Assembly: GCA_964493045.1 (NCBI GenBank)
Contig: CAZBLZ010000004.1
Span: 1,605-55,261 of the forward strand
DNA from: an uncultured Candidatus Saccharibacteria bacterium
Lineage (GTDB): Bacteria > Patescibacteriota > Saccharimonadia > Saccharimonadales > UBA4665
DNA length: 53,657 nt
Direction of reading: 5' to 3'
Both the position numbers and the translations under genes were made by a program. How positions within the stretch are numbered: position 1 is the first letter of the stretch; the number at the start of each line of letters is the position of its first letter. Below, piece by piece: positions 10,620 to 18,968 of this stretch. The notes beneath the pieces were generated by a model. The model did no database searches, was not told where the DNA came from, and saw only the letters and a list, made by a program, of their open reading frames with translations.

Positions 10620-11675
10620 TTACTGACCTTGGTTTATAAGCTCGCGCTCATATTCGGCAAGTCTTTCAACGAGATCATCGATTTCACCGTTAAGGGCACC
10701 TGGAATATTAGAGCGTGAGTAACCAATACGGTGATCAGTTATACGGTCTTGTGGGAAGTTGTAGGTACGGATTTTCTCAGAGCGGTCACCTGACCCAATC
10801 AGATTTTTACGCGCTTCACTGAGCTGCTTTTGCTCTTCTTCGATTTTTATCGCCAATAGGCGTGAACGCAAAACGCCCATAGCTTTGGCTTTGTTTTTAA
10901 TCTGAGATTTTTCGTCTTGGTTGGCTACGACGAGTCCTGATGGAATGTGCGTAATACGTACAGCAGAGTCGGTCGTGTTAACTGACTGCCCACCATGGCC
11001 ACCAGAACGATAGACATCTATACGCAGATCATTCGGATTGATTTCAATATCTGTTTCTTCGGCTTCGGGTAATACCGAGACTGTCACGGTTGAAGTGTGG
11101 ATACGACCCTGACTTTCCGTGCTGGGTACGCGTTGTACGCGGTGCACGCCGGCTTCAAACTTCAATTGCTTGTAGATATCATCACCGCGAACAGCGAAAA
11201 TAATTTCCTTAAAACCTCCAACTTCAGATGGGCTTTCGCTGATTAGCTCAGTTTTATAGCTATGGCGTTCACACCAGCGAATGTACATGCGATATAAATC
11301 AGCAGCGAAAAGGCTGGCTTCGTCACCACCTGCAGCGGCTCGGATTTCCACAATGACATCCTTCTCATCGTTCGGGTCTTTAGGGGTTAGTGCCTCCGCT
11401 AGCTCATCTTGGTTGGTTATAATTTTGAGCTCTAGCTCCGCCAGCTCCAGTTGAGCTAGCTCCGCCAGCTCATCACTACCACTCGCGAGTTGAGTCGCCT
11501 GCTCGCGTTCATCTAAGAGTTGCTTTTTGGCGTCAAAAAGCCCAACCACTCGTTCAAGCCAGGTTCGCCGTTTGGCGAGCTTGGGGTAGGAGGGGCTGCT
11601 GTATATATTTGGATCAGCGAGACGCGTTGTTATGTCTGCGAACTCTGTGCGGATACTGCGTTCTTTTTCTTCCAT
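10620..11675 (-). CDS. prfA: Peptide chain release factor 1
   Basis: GGQ motif ([20 protein letters not shown]) and a PST tripeptide ([13 protein letters not shown]) typical of RF1. Confidence 0.95.
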   Translation of the reverse strand: MEEKERSIRTEFADITTRLADPNIYSSPSYPKLAKRRTWLERVVGLFDAKKQLLDEREQATQLASGSDELAELAQLELAELELKIITNQDELAEALTPKDPNDEKDVIVEIRAAAGGDEASLFAADLYRMYIRWCERHSYKTELISESPSEVGGFKEIIFAVRGDDIYKQLKFEAGVHRVQRVPSTESQGRIHTSTVTVSVLPEAEETDIEINPNDLRIDVYRSGGHGGQSVNTTDSAVRITHIPSGLVVANQDEKSQIKNKAKAMGVLRSRLLAIKIEEEQKQLSEARKNLIGSGDRSEKIRTYNFPQDRITDHRIGYSRSNIPGALNGEIDDLVERLAEYERELINQGQ

Positions 11676-11733
11676 AAGACTACTTTCTAACTTTTAGTAT
11701 ACGGCTTTTATCACTCAAATGGGCCTCCTAAAC

Positions 11734-11770
11734 AAAAACCACCTGAGACCAAGAGGCGCAGGTGGTTTTT
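11734..11770 (-). terminator. Rho-independent terminator downstream of rpmE
   Basis: Arms aaaaaccacctg (11734-11745) and caggtggttttt (11759-11770). Confidence 0.65.
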
Positions 11771-11782
11771 ATAACGGGGTAG

Positions 11783-12121
11783 CTATTCAGCTTGAGTGTC
11801 AGCAGCTTTGGCGACTTTGGCTGCCGCACGACTGGCTTGCTTTTTAGCAGCAGCAATACGAGCGTCTTTAGCGGCCTGTGCGGCTTCAGCGCGGGCTTTA
11901 AACTTGTCGACACGACCTTCGATATCAAGCACGCGTTCTTCACCGGTAAAGAATGGGTGAGAACTGCTTGAGATGTGCACCTTAACTAGAGGGTATTCAA
12001 CACCGTCAAGCTTGATAGTGTCATCAGTAGCTACGGTAGAACGAGTTAGGTACGTTTCGTTGTTGTTAAGATCCTGGAATACTACAAAACGGTAGTTTGC
12101 AGGGTGTAAATCTTTTTTCAT
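11783..12121 (-). CDS. rpmE: 50S ribosomal protein L31, type B (no Cys), with an Ala/Lys-rich C-terminal tail
   Basis: [17 protein letters not shown]...HPFFTG. There is no CxxC motif. Confidence 0.9.
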   Translation of the reverse strand: MKKDLHPANYRFVVFQDLNNNETYLTRSTVATDDTIKLDGVEYPLVKVHISSSSHPFFTGEERVLDIEGRVDKFKARAEAAQAAKDARIAAAKKQASRAAAKVAKAADTQAE

Positions 12122-12256
12122 TAGGATTATTCCTCATGCTCTTAAATAGTAAATCGTATGTGTGGTAGCCGGTTAGCGAAGAGCGAATCGCAGTCGGTGT
12201 ATCCCAGACAGTTGCAGGCATTATACCACCTCTGTTACGGCTCGGTCAACCAGTCC

Positions 12257-12286
12257 TTGCGTAATAGGGGTCACATCTGTTAAAAT
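12257..12286 (+). promoter_or_regulatory. Candidate sigma70-type promoter for rpsB-tsf
   Basis: TTGCGT (12257-12262), 18-nt spacer, TAAAAT (12281-12286). This leaves a leader of about 95 nt. Confidence 0.4.
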
Positions 12287-12386
12287 AACGGAGTCAACTA
12301 ATTAAGCAAGTTGGGGCAGACATCCTCTTGTGATATTCCGTGTAGGAACTCACAGGTAACCCGACCGAAGAGAAAGGATTATAAAT

Positions 12387-13106
12387 ATGGCTACAAAAGT
12401 AGACATTAAACAGCTATTAGAGGCAGGCGCGCACTTTGGTCACCAAACGAGTCGTTGGCACCCTAAAATGGCACAGTACATTCACAGTAAGCGTGGCGGT
12501 AGCCATATCATCGACCTAACTAAGACGGTTGATAAGCTGGAAACTGCACTGAGTTTCTTGAGTGAAACCGCCAGCAAAGATCGCCAGATCTTATTTGTCG
12601 GCACCAAGCGCCAGGCTCAGGACATCGTTCGTAATCTTGCAGAGAATACTAAGCAGCCTTACGTCGTAAACCGATGGCTTGGCGGTATGCTTACTAACTG
12701 GAACACCATTGGTACGCAGATTAAACGTCTAGTAGATCTCGAAACTAAGATGGCTGCAGGCGACTTGGCTGCTAAGTTCAACAAGCTTGAAGTACAGCGT
12801 TTCCAGGAAGAAATCGACCAGATGAATACGCTGTATGGTGGTATTAAAGAATTGAACGCTAAGCCTGGTGTAGTTGTAGTATTTGACGTCGTTCACGACG
12901 TAAATGCTGTCAAAGAAGCTAAGAAACTTGGCCTGCCAATTGTTGGTATCGTAGACAGCAATGCTGATCCAAGCGATATCACATACCCAATCCCAATGAA
13001 CGACGATGCTATTAAGGCGCTACAATTGGTTGCCGACTACATGCAAAGTGCAGTTGCCGAAGGTAAGGCAAAGGCTACTAAGCCAACTGACAAAACCGAA
13101 GCTTAA
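12387..13106 (+). CDS. rpsB: 30S ribosomal protein S2
   Basis: LLEAGAHFGHQTSRWHPKM at the N-terminus, with SD gagaaagga upstream. Confidence 0.95.
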   Translation: MATKVDIKQLLEAGAHFGHQTSRWHPKMAQYIHSKRGGSHIIDLTKTVDKLETALSFLSETASKDRQILFVGTKRQAQDIVRNLAENTKQPYVVNRWLGGMLTNWNTIGTQIKRLVDLETKMAAGDLAAKFNKLEVQRFQEEIDQMNTLYGGIKELNAKPGVVVVFDVVHDVNAVKEAKKLGLPIVGIVDSNADPSDITYPIPMNDDAIKALQLVADYMQSAVAEGKAKATKPTDKTEA

Positions 13107-13133
13107 GAACTTTCATTCTAAAGGAGAATAAAA

Positions 13134-13730
13134 ATGGCTATTTCTATTGAAGACGTAAAGCGCCTTAAAGACCTAACTGGTGTTGGCTTGACCGACGCCA
13201 AAAAAGCTTTGGATGAAGCGGAAGGTGATTTCGATAAGGCTCTAGAAGAAATGCGCAAAAAAGGCATGACTAAGGCCGAAAAGCGCGGTGAGCGTGAAGC
13301 TCGTCAGGGTGTTGTTGGTACTTATAACCACGATGGTCGCATCGGCGTGTTGGTTGAGATCAACTGTGAAACTGACTTTGTTGCTCGCAACGAAATCTTC
13401 ACTAACTTAGTAAAGGATGTCGCTATGCACATCGCGGCATCTGCTCCTGAGTACGTTAGCGCTGATGAAATCCCTACAGAGGCTCTTGAAGCAAAGAAGC
13501 AGGAATTGCTCGCAAGTGATGCGCTTAAGAGCAAGCCAGCTGACATGGCTGAGAAAATTGTCGAAGGCCAGTTGAAGAAGTATTTCGCAGAACGCTGCTT
13601 ACTTGATCAGCCATTCATTAAGAATCCTGATCAAACTGTAGGTGAGTACGTTAAAGAACATAATGCTCGCCTCGGCGAAAACATTATCGTACGTCGCTTT
13701 GCACGCATTGCTCTCGGTGAAGTTGCTTAA
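13134..13730 (+). CDS. tsf: Elongation factor Ts (short form)
   Basis: UBA-like LKDLTGVGLTDAKKALDEAEGDFDKALEEMRKKG and the core VLVEINCETDFVARN. SD aaggag lies upstream. Confidence 0.95.
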   Translation: MAISIEDVKRLKDLTGVGLTDAKKALDEAEGDFDKALEEMRKKGMTKAEKRGEREARQGVVGTYNHDGRIGVLVEINCETDFVARNEIFTNLVKDVAMHIAASAPEYVSADEIPTEALEAKKQELLASDALKSKPADMAEKIVEGQLKKYFAERCLLDQPFIKNPDQTVGEYVKEHNARLGENIIVRRFARIALGEVA

Positions 13731-13750
13731 GAAATAGCTTTTCACAAAAT

Positions 13751-13782
13751 AAAAACACCCTGGAATTTCCAGGGTGTTTTTA
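13751..13782 (+). terminator. Rho-independent terminator of rpsB-tsf
   Basis: Arms aaaaacaccctgg (13751-13763) and ccagggtgttttt (13769-13781), with loop aattt. Confidence 0.85.
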
Positions 13783-13800
13783 TGTGTAGCTAGTCAAACG

Positions 13801-13855
13801 GCGCGGTCTCTTCTTGTTCCCGAATGGGAAGTGGGGGAAGAAGAGGTGCGCGCCG
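13801..13855 (-). terminator. GC-rich hairpin downstream of the high-GC lipoprotein gene (weak U tract)
   Basis: gcgcg..ctcttctt..ccc pairs with ggg..aagaagag..cgcgc around the loop gaatgggaagt. Confidence 0.45.
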
Positions 13856-13868
13856 AGTGACATGAGGG

Positions 13869-14501
13869 TCAGGAAGCAGGAACGCAGAGACGAATGTCGT
13901 CGATGTAGCCGCCGGTCGTAGTGGTGAACTGACTGGTCTCCAACTGGAGGGTAGTTGCACGCCCGTGCGGCATGTTGACGACGGACTGATCGACCGGGAA
14001 GACGATGGTCTTCTTCTTGTCGCTGGTGTCGACGCTGATGGGGTCGACGATCAGAGTGACCGGGTAGTTGCTGATGGACGGGTCCGGGTTCTTGGCGACA
14101 TCGCTGATGGTGAGGCTGACGCTCTCCTGGTCGAGGGTGTTGTTGTTGATCACCTCAGATGGCGGATTGCTTTCGGTGTTGCTCTTGAAGGCGACACGGA
14201 TGCCGTTGTAGTCGATGGTCTTGTTGAAGCCGACCTTGATCGTCTTCAGGGTCCCGACACAGGTGTAGCTGATGCCGTTCCCGGTCGGATCGTCGCTGAG
14301 GCTCTTGCCGTGGGCCTTCACACCGTAGTTGGTACCGAGCTCGGGGAAGACCTTTATGGGCTTCGTCTGAGCGGGTGCACTTGATGATGTGGTGGGCTTC
14401 GGCTGGCCGTTGTCACTGGAGCCACAGGCGGTGAGCGTCAGGCTCAGGGCGGTGGCTGCGAGCGCGGCGAGGGCGAAGGTACGGCGGCTGCGGTTCTGCA
14501 T
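13869..14501 (-). CDS. Compositionally foreign (high-GC) lipoprotein with a Tat-like signal, function unknown
   Basis: MQNRSRRTFALAALAATALSLTLTACGSS contains a twin-Arg SRRxF motif and the lipobox LTAC. Nearly all codons end in G or C. GGAG lies about 9 nt upstream of the ATG. Confidence 0.8.
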   Translation of the reverse strand: MQNRSRRTFALAALAATALSLTLTACGSSDNGQPKPTTSSSAPAQTKPIKVFPELGTNYGVKAHGKSLSDDPTGNGISYTCVGTLKTIKVGFNKTIDYNGIRVAFKSNTESNPPSEVINNNTLDQESVSLTISDVAKNPDPSISNYPVTLIVDPISVDTSDKKKTIVFPVDQSVVNMPHGRATTLQLETSQFTTTTGGYIDDIRLCVPAS

Positions 14502-14563
14502 TGTGAATCAACTCCAGGTTGGTGGTTGGAGGAACTACCTGTGATCTCACGTCACTTTTTATA

Positions 14564-14592
14564 ATTATATCATAATTTAGTAAAATATACAA
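14564..14592 (-). promoter_or_regulatory. Candidate promoter for the high-GC lipoprotein gene, located in AT-rich DNA
   Basis: The minus strand reads TTGTAT, 17-nt spacer, TATAAT. On the plus strand these are atacaa at 14587-14592 and attata at 14564-14569. Confidence 0.5.
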
Positions 14593-14648
14593 TATCATTT
14601 TCAAAGGTTGAGCATCTAGAAAAGGGGAATAATAGGCACAAAAAGTAC

Positions 14649-14677
14649 TTGCAAAAAAAGCAAAAGCGGTATATAGT
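14649..14677 (+). promoter_or_regulatory. Candidate promoter for the 33-codon small ORF
   Basis: TTGCAA (14649-14654), 17-nt spacer, TATAGT (14672-14677). Confidence 0.55.
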
Positions 14678-14739
14678 ATTGATTAGTTTCTTAAGGAAAC
14701 AAAAATGTAAAAGAAACAGAAACTAAAAGGAAAAAGCCA

Positions 14740-14841
14740 ATGAATATTACAAAATTTCGGCAACATTCCCATGCCGACGCGCTCCCTGACCTAACGAGCA
14801 ATCAGTTACGTCAGATTGATGGGTTAGCCTTAGAACGTTAA
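14740..14841 (+). CDS. Small ORF, 33 aa (MNITKFRQHSHADALPDLTSNQLRQIDGLALER), absent from the ORF track; function unknown
   Basis: ATG preceded by aaaaggaaaaagcc. It has its own promoter upstream and its own terminator downstream. It could instead be part of a non-coding RNA. Confidence 0.35.
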   Translation: MNITKFRQHSHADALPDLTSNQLRQIDGLALER

Positions 14842-14863
14842 AAGCCTGTAATCTTTTACGAGA

Positions 14864-14896
14864 ATCACCGAGCCAAAATAGCTCGGTGATTTTTTA
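14864..14896 (+). terminator. Rho-independent terminator after the small ORF
   Basis: Arms atcaccgagc (14864-14873) and gctcggtgat (14881-14890), followed by ttttt. Confidence 0.8.
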
Positions 14897-14986
14897 TATC
14901 TATACAGTAACAGTGAGTATCTGGCTAAATGTGCGCGAATTCCGTACAATAAAATCAAATAACAGAGAGTAACTAGGAGTATTTCC

Positions 14987-15550
14987 GTGAATCCGAACGA
15001 GATTGTACAAGACGCTAAGGGTAAATTTGATGCCGCTGTTGCACATTACGGCGAGCAGCTTAAAAGCCTACGTACGGGTCGAGCAAGCGCCAGTATGTTA
15101 GAAGGTGTTATGGTGGAAGCATATGGGCAACCAATGCCACTTAATCAGGTAGCGAATGTAACGGCGCCAGAGGCTCAGCTTTTGCAGATTACGCCATTCG
15201 ATCCAAGTACCCTACAGGCAATTGCAAGTGCTATTCGTGATAACCCATCCCTAGGCTTAAACCCAAGTGATGATGGTCGCGTAGTTCGCGTACCTGTACC
15301 AGCACTTACGGAAGAACGTCGTCGCGACATCGTGAAGCAGTTGGGTGGTAAACAGGAAGATGCTATGGTGGCACTGCGTAACATTCGGCGCGAAGCGTTG
15401 GATGCCGCCGACAAGGCAAAAAAGGATAAAGAGATTGGCGAAGACGACGCTAAGCGTTTAAGTGCGCAAGTTGAAGAAGCTATGAACGCTACGAAAGGAC
15501 AAGTCGAAGCTGCCAGCAGGGCCAAAGAAATTGAAATCATGACTGTTTAG
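14987..15550 (+). CDS. frr: Ribosome recycling factor
   Basis: GTG start with SD aggag upstream. LKSLRTGRASASMLEGVMVEAYG...LLQITPFDPS. Confidence 0.95.
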   Translation: MNPNEIVQDAKGKFDAAVAHYGEQLKSLRTGRASASMLEGVMVEAYGQPMPLNQVANVTAPEAQLLQITPFDPSTLQAIASAIRDNPSLGLNPSDDGRVVRVPVPALTEERRRDIVKQLGGKQEDAMVALRNIRREALDAADKAKKDKEIGEDDAKRLSAQVEEAMNATKGQVEAASRAKEIEIMTV

Positions 15551-15594
15551 CGCTTTGCGCTTGCACCTGGCTCCGCTATACTGACATTAGCGAT

Positions 15595-16749
15595 ATGGGG
15601 ATATTTTTACTTGTAGTCGGTCTTATTTTGTTCATAGGTCTAGTTGTTGTACACGAACTTGGCCATTTTTGGGCAGCGCGCCGTGGTGGCGTAGATGTGG
15701 AAGAGTTTGGTATCTTCTTCCCACCTCGTCTTTATAAGAAGGTTACGAAGGCGGGGTATGACTTTACTATCAACCTCCTTCCTTTAGGTGGTTTTGTACG
15801 CCTTAAGGGCGAGCATGACAGCGACACGGGCAAGGGCTCATATGGCGCTGCTTCAACTGCTACTAAAACCAAGATTATGCTTGCAGGTGTAACGATGAAC
15901 CTGATTACTGCACTAGTACTTTTTACTTTTCTAGCACTTGTGGGCATGCCGAAATTGGTTGATCATCAGTTCACGATTAAAAGTGATACAAAAATCGCCA
16001 GGCAAGAAGTATTGATCGGTTATGTTGAGCCACATTCACCAGCGGCGAACGCAGGCTTGCTGGCCCGTGATCAATTGATTTCGATTGGTGGTAAAAAAGT
16101 AAGCGCCTCTGATGACCTGCCCGGTCTAACGAAACAATTTGCAGGTATGCATACTTCTGTAGTGTATGTGCGAAATGGCCAGACACGGACAGCTACTATT
16201 ACGTTTTTGAGTCGCACTACGGTCAATGCGAGTCTTAAGACTGATAGCCCTAAAGGCTATTTAGGAGTTGAGCCAACCGATCTAACATTACGGCGCTCTA
16301 CATGGTCTGCGCCTGTGGTAGCGGTAGGGTTAAGTGCTCAGCTGACGACATTGACATTCCAGGGCCTGGGGCACGCTTTAGCGGGTCTTGGTGGCATCTT
16401 TGCTGGTGTATTTACGGGCAACCACGTGGCACGTGAGAATGCGCAGACTACGGCTAGTAGTCAGGTCTCAGGCCCAGTGGGGATCTTTGTTATCCTCAAG
16501 GACGGAAGTCTATTGGGATATCAGTTTATGCTGCTGATCATTGCTGTTATTTCTCTAACGCTAGCGATTATGAATGTACTCCCGATTCCTGCACTCGACG
16601 GTGGCCGCTTGTTTGTGATGCTCATTTCTCGATTGTTTAAAAAACAGATTACACCCGAAGCAGAAGAAGCGATTTACGGTACAGGTTTTGCTGTCCTTAT
16701 GGTGCTCATTGTCGTAATCTCAATCGTAGATGTTAAAAGATTCTTCTAA
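15595..16749 (+). CDS. rseP: Site-2 (M50) intramembrane zinc metalloprotease RseP
   Basis: HELGHFWAARR motif, a central PDZ domain and NVLPIPALDGG. Confidence 0.9.
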   Translation: MGIFLLVVGLILFIGLVVVHELGHFWAARRGGVDVEEFGIFFPPRLYKKVTKAGYDFTINLLPLGGFVRLKGEHDSDTGKGSYGAASTATKTKIMLAGVTMNLITALVLFTFLALVGMPKLVDHQFTIKSDTKIARQEVLIGYVEPHSPAANAGLLARDQLISIGGKKVSASDDLPGLTKQFAGMHTSVVYVRNGQTRTATITFLSRTTVNASLKTDSPKGYLGVEPTDLTLRRSTWSAPVVAVGLSAQLTTLTFQGLGHALAGLGGIFAGVFTGNHVARENAQTTASSQVSGPVGIFVILKDGSLLGYQFMLLIIAVISLTLAIMNVLPIPALDGGRLFVMLISRLFKKQITPEAEEAIYGTGFAVLMVLIVVISIVDVKRFF

Positions 16750-17515
16750 CACGGCAACTGAACCGATAGCATCTACGCATGCCCCTTGGGGCCCGTGGGT
16801 GGCAGTGGTGTATGCCATAGTGATATATTTTGCCGCCCAAATGTTTGCGACTTCAATTGTGGTGTTATACCCACATGCACGTGGTTGGAGTAAGCCAATT
16901 GCTGAGCAGTGGCTAAATACATCTGTGACGGCTCAGTTCTTTTATGTATTGCTAGCCGAAGGGCTTACTTTTGGTGCTATCTGGTGGTACGTGCATCACG
17001 CAAAGGGGAGTCTGCGGGTAATAGGATGGCGTCGACCTCGCTGGGTAGACCCAGTATTGGCACTTTCGGGGTTCGCAGCATATTTTGTGGCGTATCTAGC
17101 GCTATTGAGTATTGCTACGCATCTGTTCCCATCAATTAACGTTAATCAGAAACAGGAACTAGGGTTTCAGGACGTTACTACTGATGGTAGTCTAATACTG
17201 ACATTCTTAAGTCTGGTTGTCTTACCACCAATTGTTGAAGAAACAGTGTTTCGAGGATTTGTTTTTAGCGGACTACGCACTAAACTAAAGCCTTTGGTAG
17301 CGGTTCTGATTACGAGTGCATTATTTGCAAGCGCTCACTTGCAATTTGGTAGCGGTCAGCCATTGCTGTGGGTGGCTGCGATTGATACATTTACACTTAG
17401 TCTCGTGCTATGTTATCTGCGATTTAAGACGGACAGCTTATGGCCAGGTATCATGCTGCACGCACTCAAAAACGGCATTGCTTTCACAACGTTATTTCTC
17501 TTACACGCCAGATAG
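16730..17515 (+). CDS. CPBP (CAAX) family intramembrane protease
   Basis: Motifs EETVFRGFVF, FASAHL and HALKN. It overlaps the rseP 3' end by 20 nt. Confidence 0.8.
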   Translation: MLKDSSNTATEPIASTHAPWGPWVAVVYAIVIYFAAQMFATSIVVLYPHARGWSKPIAEQWLNTSVTAQFFYVLLAEGLTFGAIWWYVHHAKGSLRVIGWRRPRWVDPVLALSGFAAYFVAYLALLSIATHLFPSINVNQKQELGFQDVTTDGSLILTFLSLVVLPPIVEETVFRGFVFSGLRTKLKPLVAVLITSALFASAHLQFGSGQPLLWVAAIDTFTLSLVLCYLRFKTDSLWPGIMLHALKNGIAFTTLFLLHAR

Positions 17516-17635
17516 CGTACAATAAAGGGCGATGTTTATAGCACGCTCTATTATTCTGACATGCATACTCCCGCCCGGGCGGTAGATTTCTTTTCATACC
17601 CACTTTTATTCAACTAATTTATAGGATTATGACTC

Positions 17636-18892
17636 ATGCGAGTAACCCAATTATTTACTAAAACTAGCAAAACAACTCCAGGAGATGAAGTCTCCAAAAA
17701 TGCTCAGCTACTCATTCAGGCGGGCTATGTACATAAAGAGATGGCGGGCGCTTATGATTATCTACCACTCGGTATCCGAGTGCTTGAAAACATCAAGCAA
17801 ATTGTTCGTGAAGAGATGGATGCTATTGGTGGCCAAGAACTAATTATGACGGGACTTCAGCGTCGTGAGATCTGGGAGAAGACAGGGCGGTGGAGTGATG
17901 AGGTCGTAGACATTTGGTTCAAATCTAAACTACAGGATGGTACTGATGTTGGTTTCGGCTGGTCTCACGAAGAGCCTATTGTGGAGATGATGAAGCGTTA
18001 CGTAGAGAGCTACAAAGACGTGCCAGCTTATGTGTATCAATTTCAAACCAAGCTACGCAATGAGCTTCGTGCCAAGAGTGGTATTATGCGCGGCCGTGAG
18101 TTTGTCATGAAGGACATGTACTCATGTAGCATCGATGCGGAAAAACATGAGGAATTCTATCAGGCTTGTATCGAAGCCTACACTCGGATTTATAACCGTT
18201 TAGGAATTGGTGACGACACATATGTTACGTTCGCGAGTGGTGGTGCGTTTACGCAGTTTAGCCATGAATTCCAAACTATCTGTGATGCAGGCGAAGATAT
18301 TATTTATCTACACCGCGAAAAGAATATTGCCCTAAACGAAGAAGTTTTGGATGATGAAAATCTCATAAAACTCGGCGTTAAGCGTGATGAGCTTGAAAAA
18401 GTAAAATCCGCAGAGGTAGGTAATATCTTTAATTTCGGTACCCAAAAGAGTGAAGAAATGGATTTCGCGTTTACGAATGAAGCTGGTGAAAAACAGTTTG
18501 TACACCTAGGATCATATGGCATTGGAGTTACGCGTGTCATGGGTGTGATTGTTGAAAAGTTCGCAGATGATAGAGGTCTCGTTTGGCCTGAAAACATTGC
18601 ACCATTTAAAGTTTATTTGGCTCGCCTAGGCGCAGATGAAGCTGTTGTAGCCGCTGCGGACAAATTATGTACAGATCTTGAGGCCGCAGGCATAACAGTC
18701 CTGTATGACGACCGTGACGCACGACCTGGTGAAAAATTCGCTGATGCAGATTTGCTTGGTATGCCACATCGCGTAGTGGTTAGTGCTAAAACGATTGAAC
18801 AGGGAAAGATCGAATATAAAAAGCGTACCGAAGCTACGAGTGATATGGTAGACTTTGAAAGTCTAAAAGAAGTCTTGACCGGGGCAAAGTAA
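17636..18892 (+). CDS. proS: Prolyl-tRNA synthetase, bacterial-type but without the INS editing domain (418 aa)
   Basis: The N-terminus resembles bacterial ProRS (MRVTQLF...AGY...LPLG..V). Class II motifs (RGREFVMKDMYS; GSYGIGVTR) and a C-terminal anticodon-binding domain are present. Confidence 0.9.
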   Translation: MRVTQLFTKTSKTTPGDEVSKNAQLLIQAGYVHKEMAGAYDYLPLGIRVLENIKQIVREEMDAIGGQELIMTGLQRREIWEKTGRWSDEVVDIWFKSKLQDGTDVGFGWSHEEPIVEMMKRYVESYKDVPAYVYQFQTKLRNELRAKSGIMRGREFVMKDMYSCSIDAEKHEEFYQACIEAYTRIYNRLGIGDDTYVTFASGGAFTQFSHEFQTICDAGEDIIYLHREKNIALNEEVLDDENLIKLGVKRDELEKVKSAEVGNIFNFGTQKSEEMDFAFTNEAGEKQFVHLGSYGIGVTRVMGVIVEKFADDRGLVWPENIAPFKVYLARLGADEAVVAAADKLCTDLEAAGITVLYDDRDARPGEKFADADLLGMPHRVVVSAKTIEQGKIEYKKRTEATSDMVDFESLKEVLTGAK

Positions 18893-18968
18893 GGCGGTAC
18901 TATACGTAACCGACCAAGATGTCGCATAAAGGCTACGGCATCAAACTCGGATAAGGAAAGGTAAACCT

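Noticed and set aside
12160-12232. A stretch of about 70 nt in the rpmE/rpsB divergent region with complementary ends (gtggta...taccac) that looked tRNA-sized
   Set aside because: Neither strand has a D-loop, a T-loop (GTTCRANYC) or cloverleaf spacing. It may be part of an r-protein leader, but I cannot support an RNA gene call.
13965-14384. A 139-aa plus-strand ORF inside the high-GC island
   Set aside because: This is a shadow ORF antisense to the lipoprotein gene. High GC suppresses stop codons. The sequence is a repetitive Asp/Gly/Val/Ala-rich run, with no start context and no signal.
17571-17582. The palindrome ccgcccgggcgg after the CPBP gene as a terminator
   Set aside because: A perfect 12-nt palindrome leaves at most a 4-bp stem once a loop is allowed. 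This is too weak to call.
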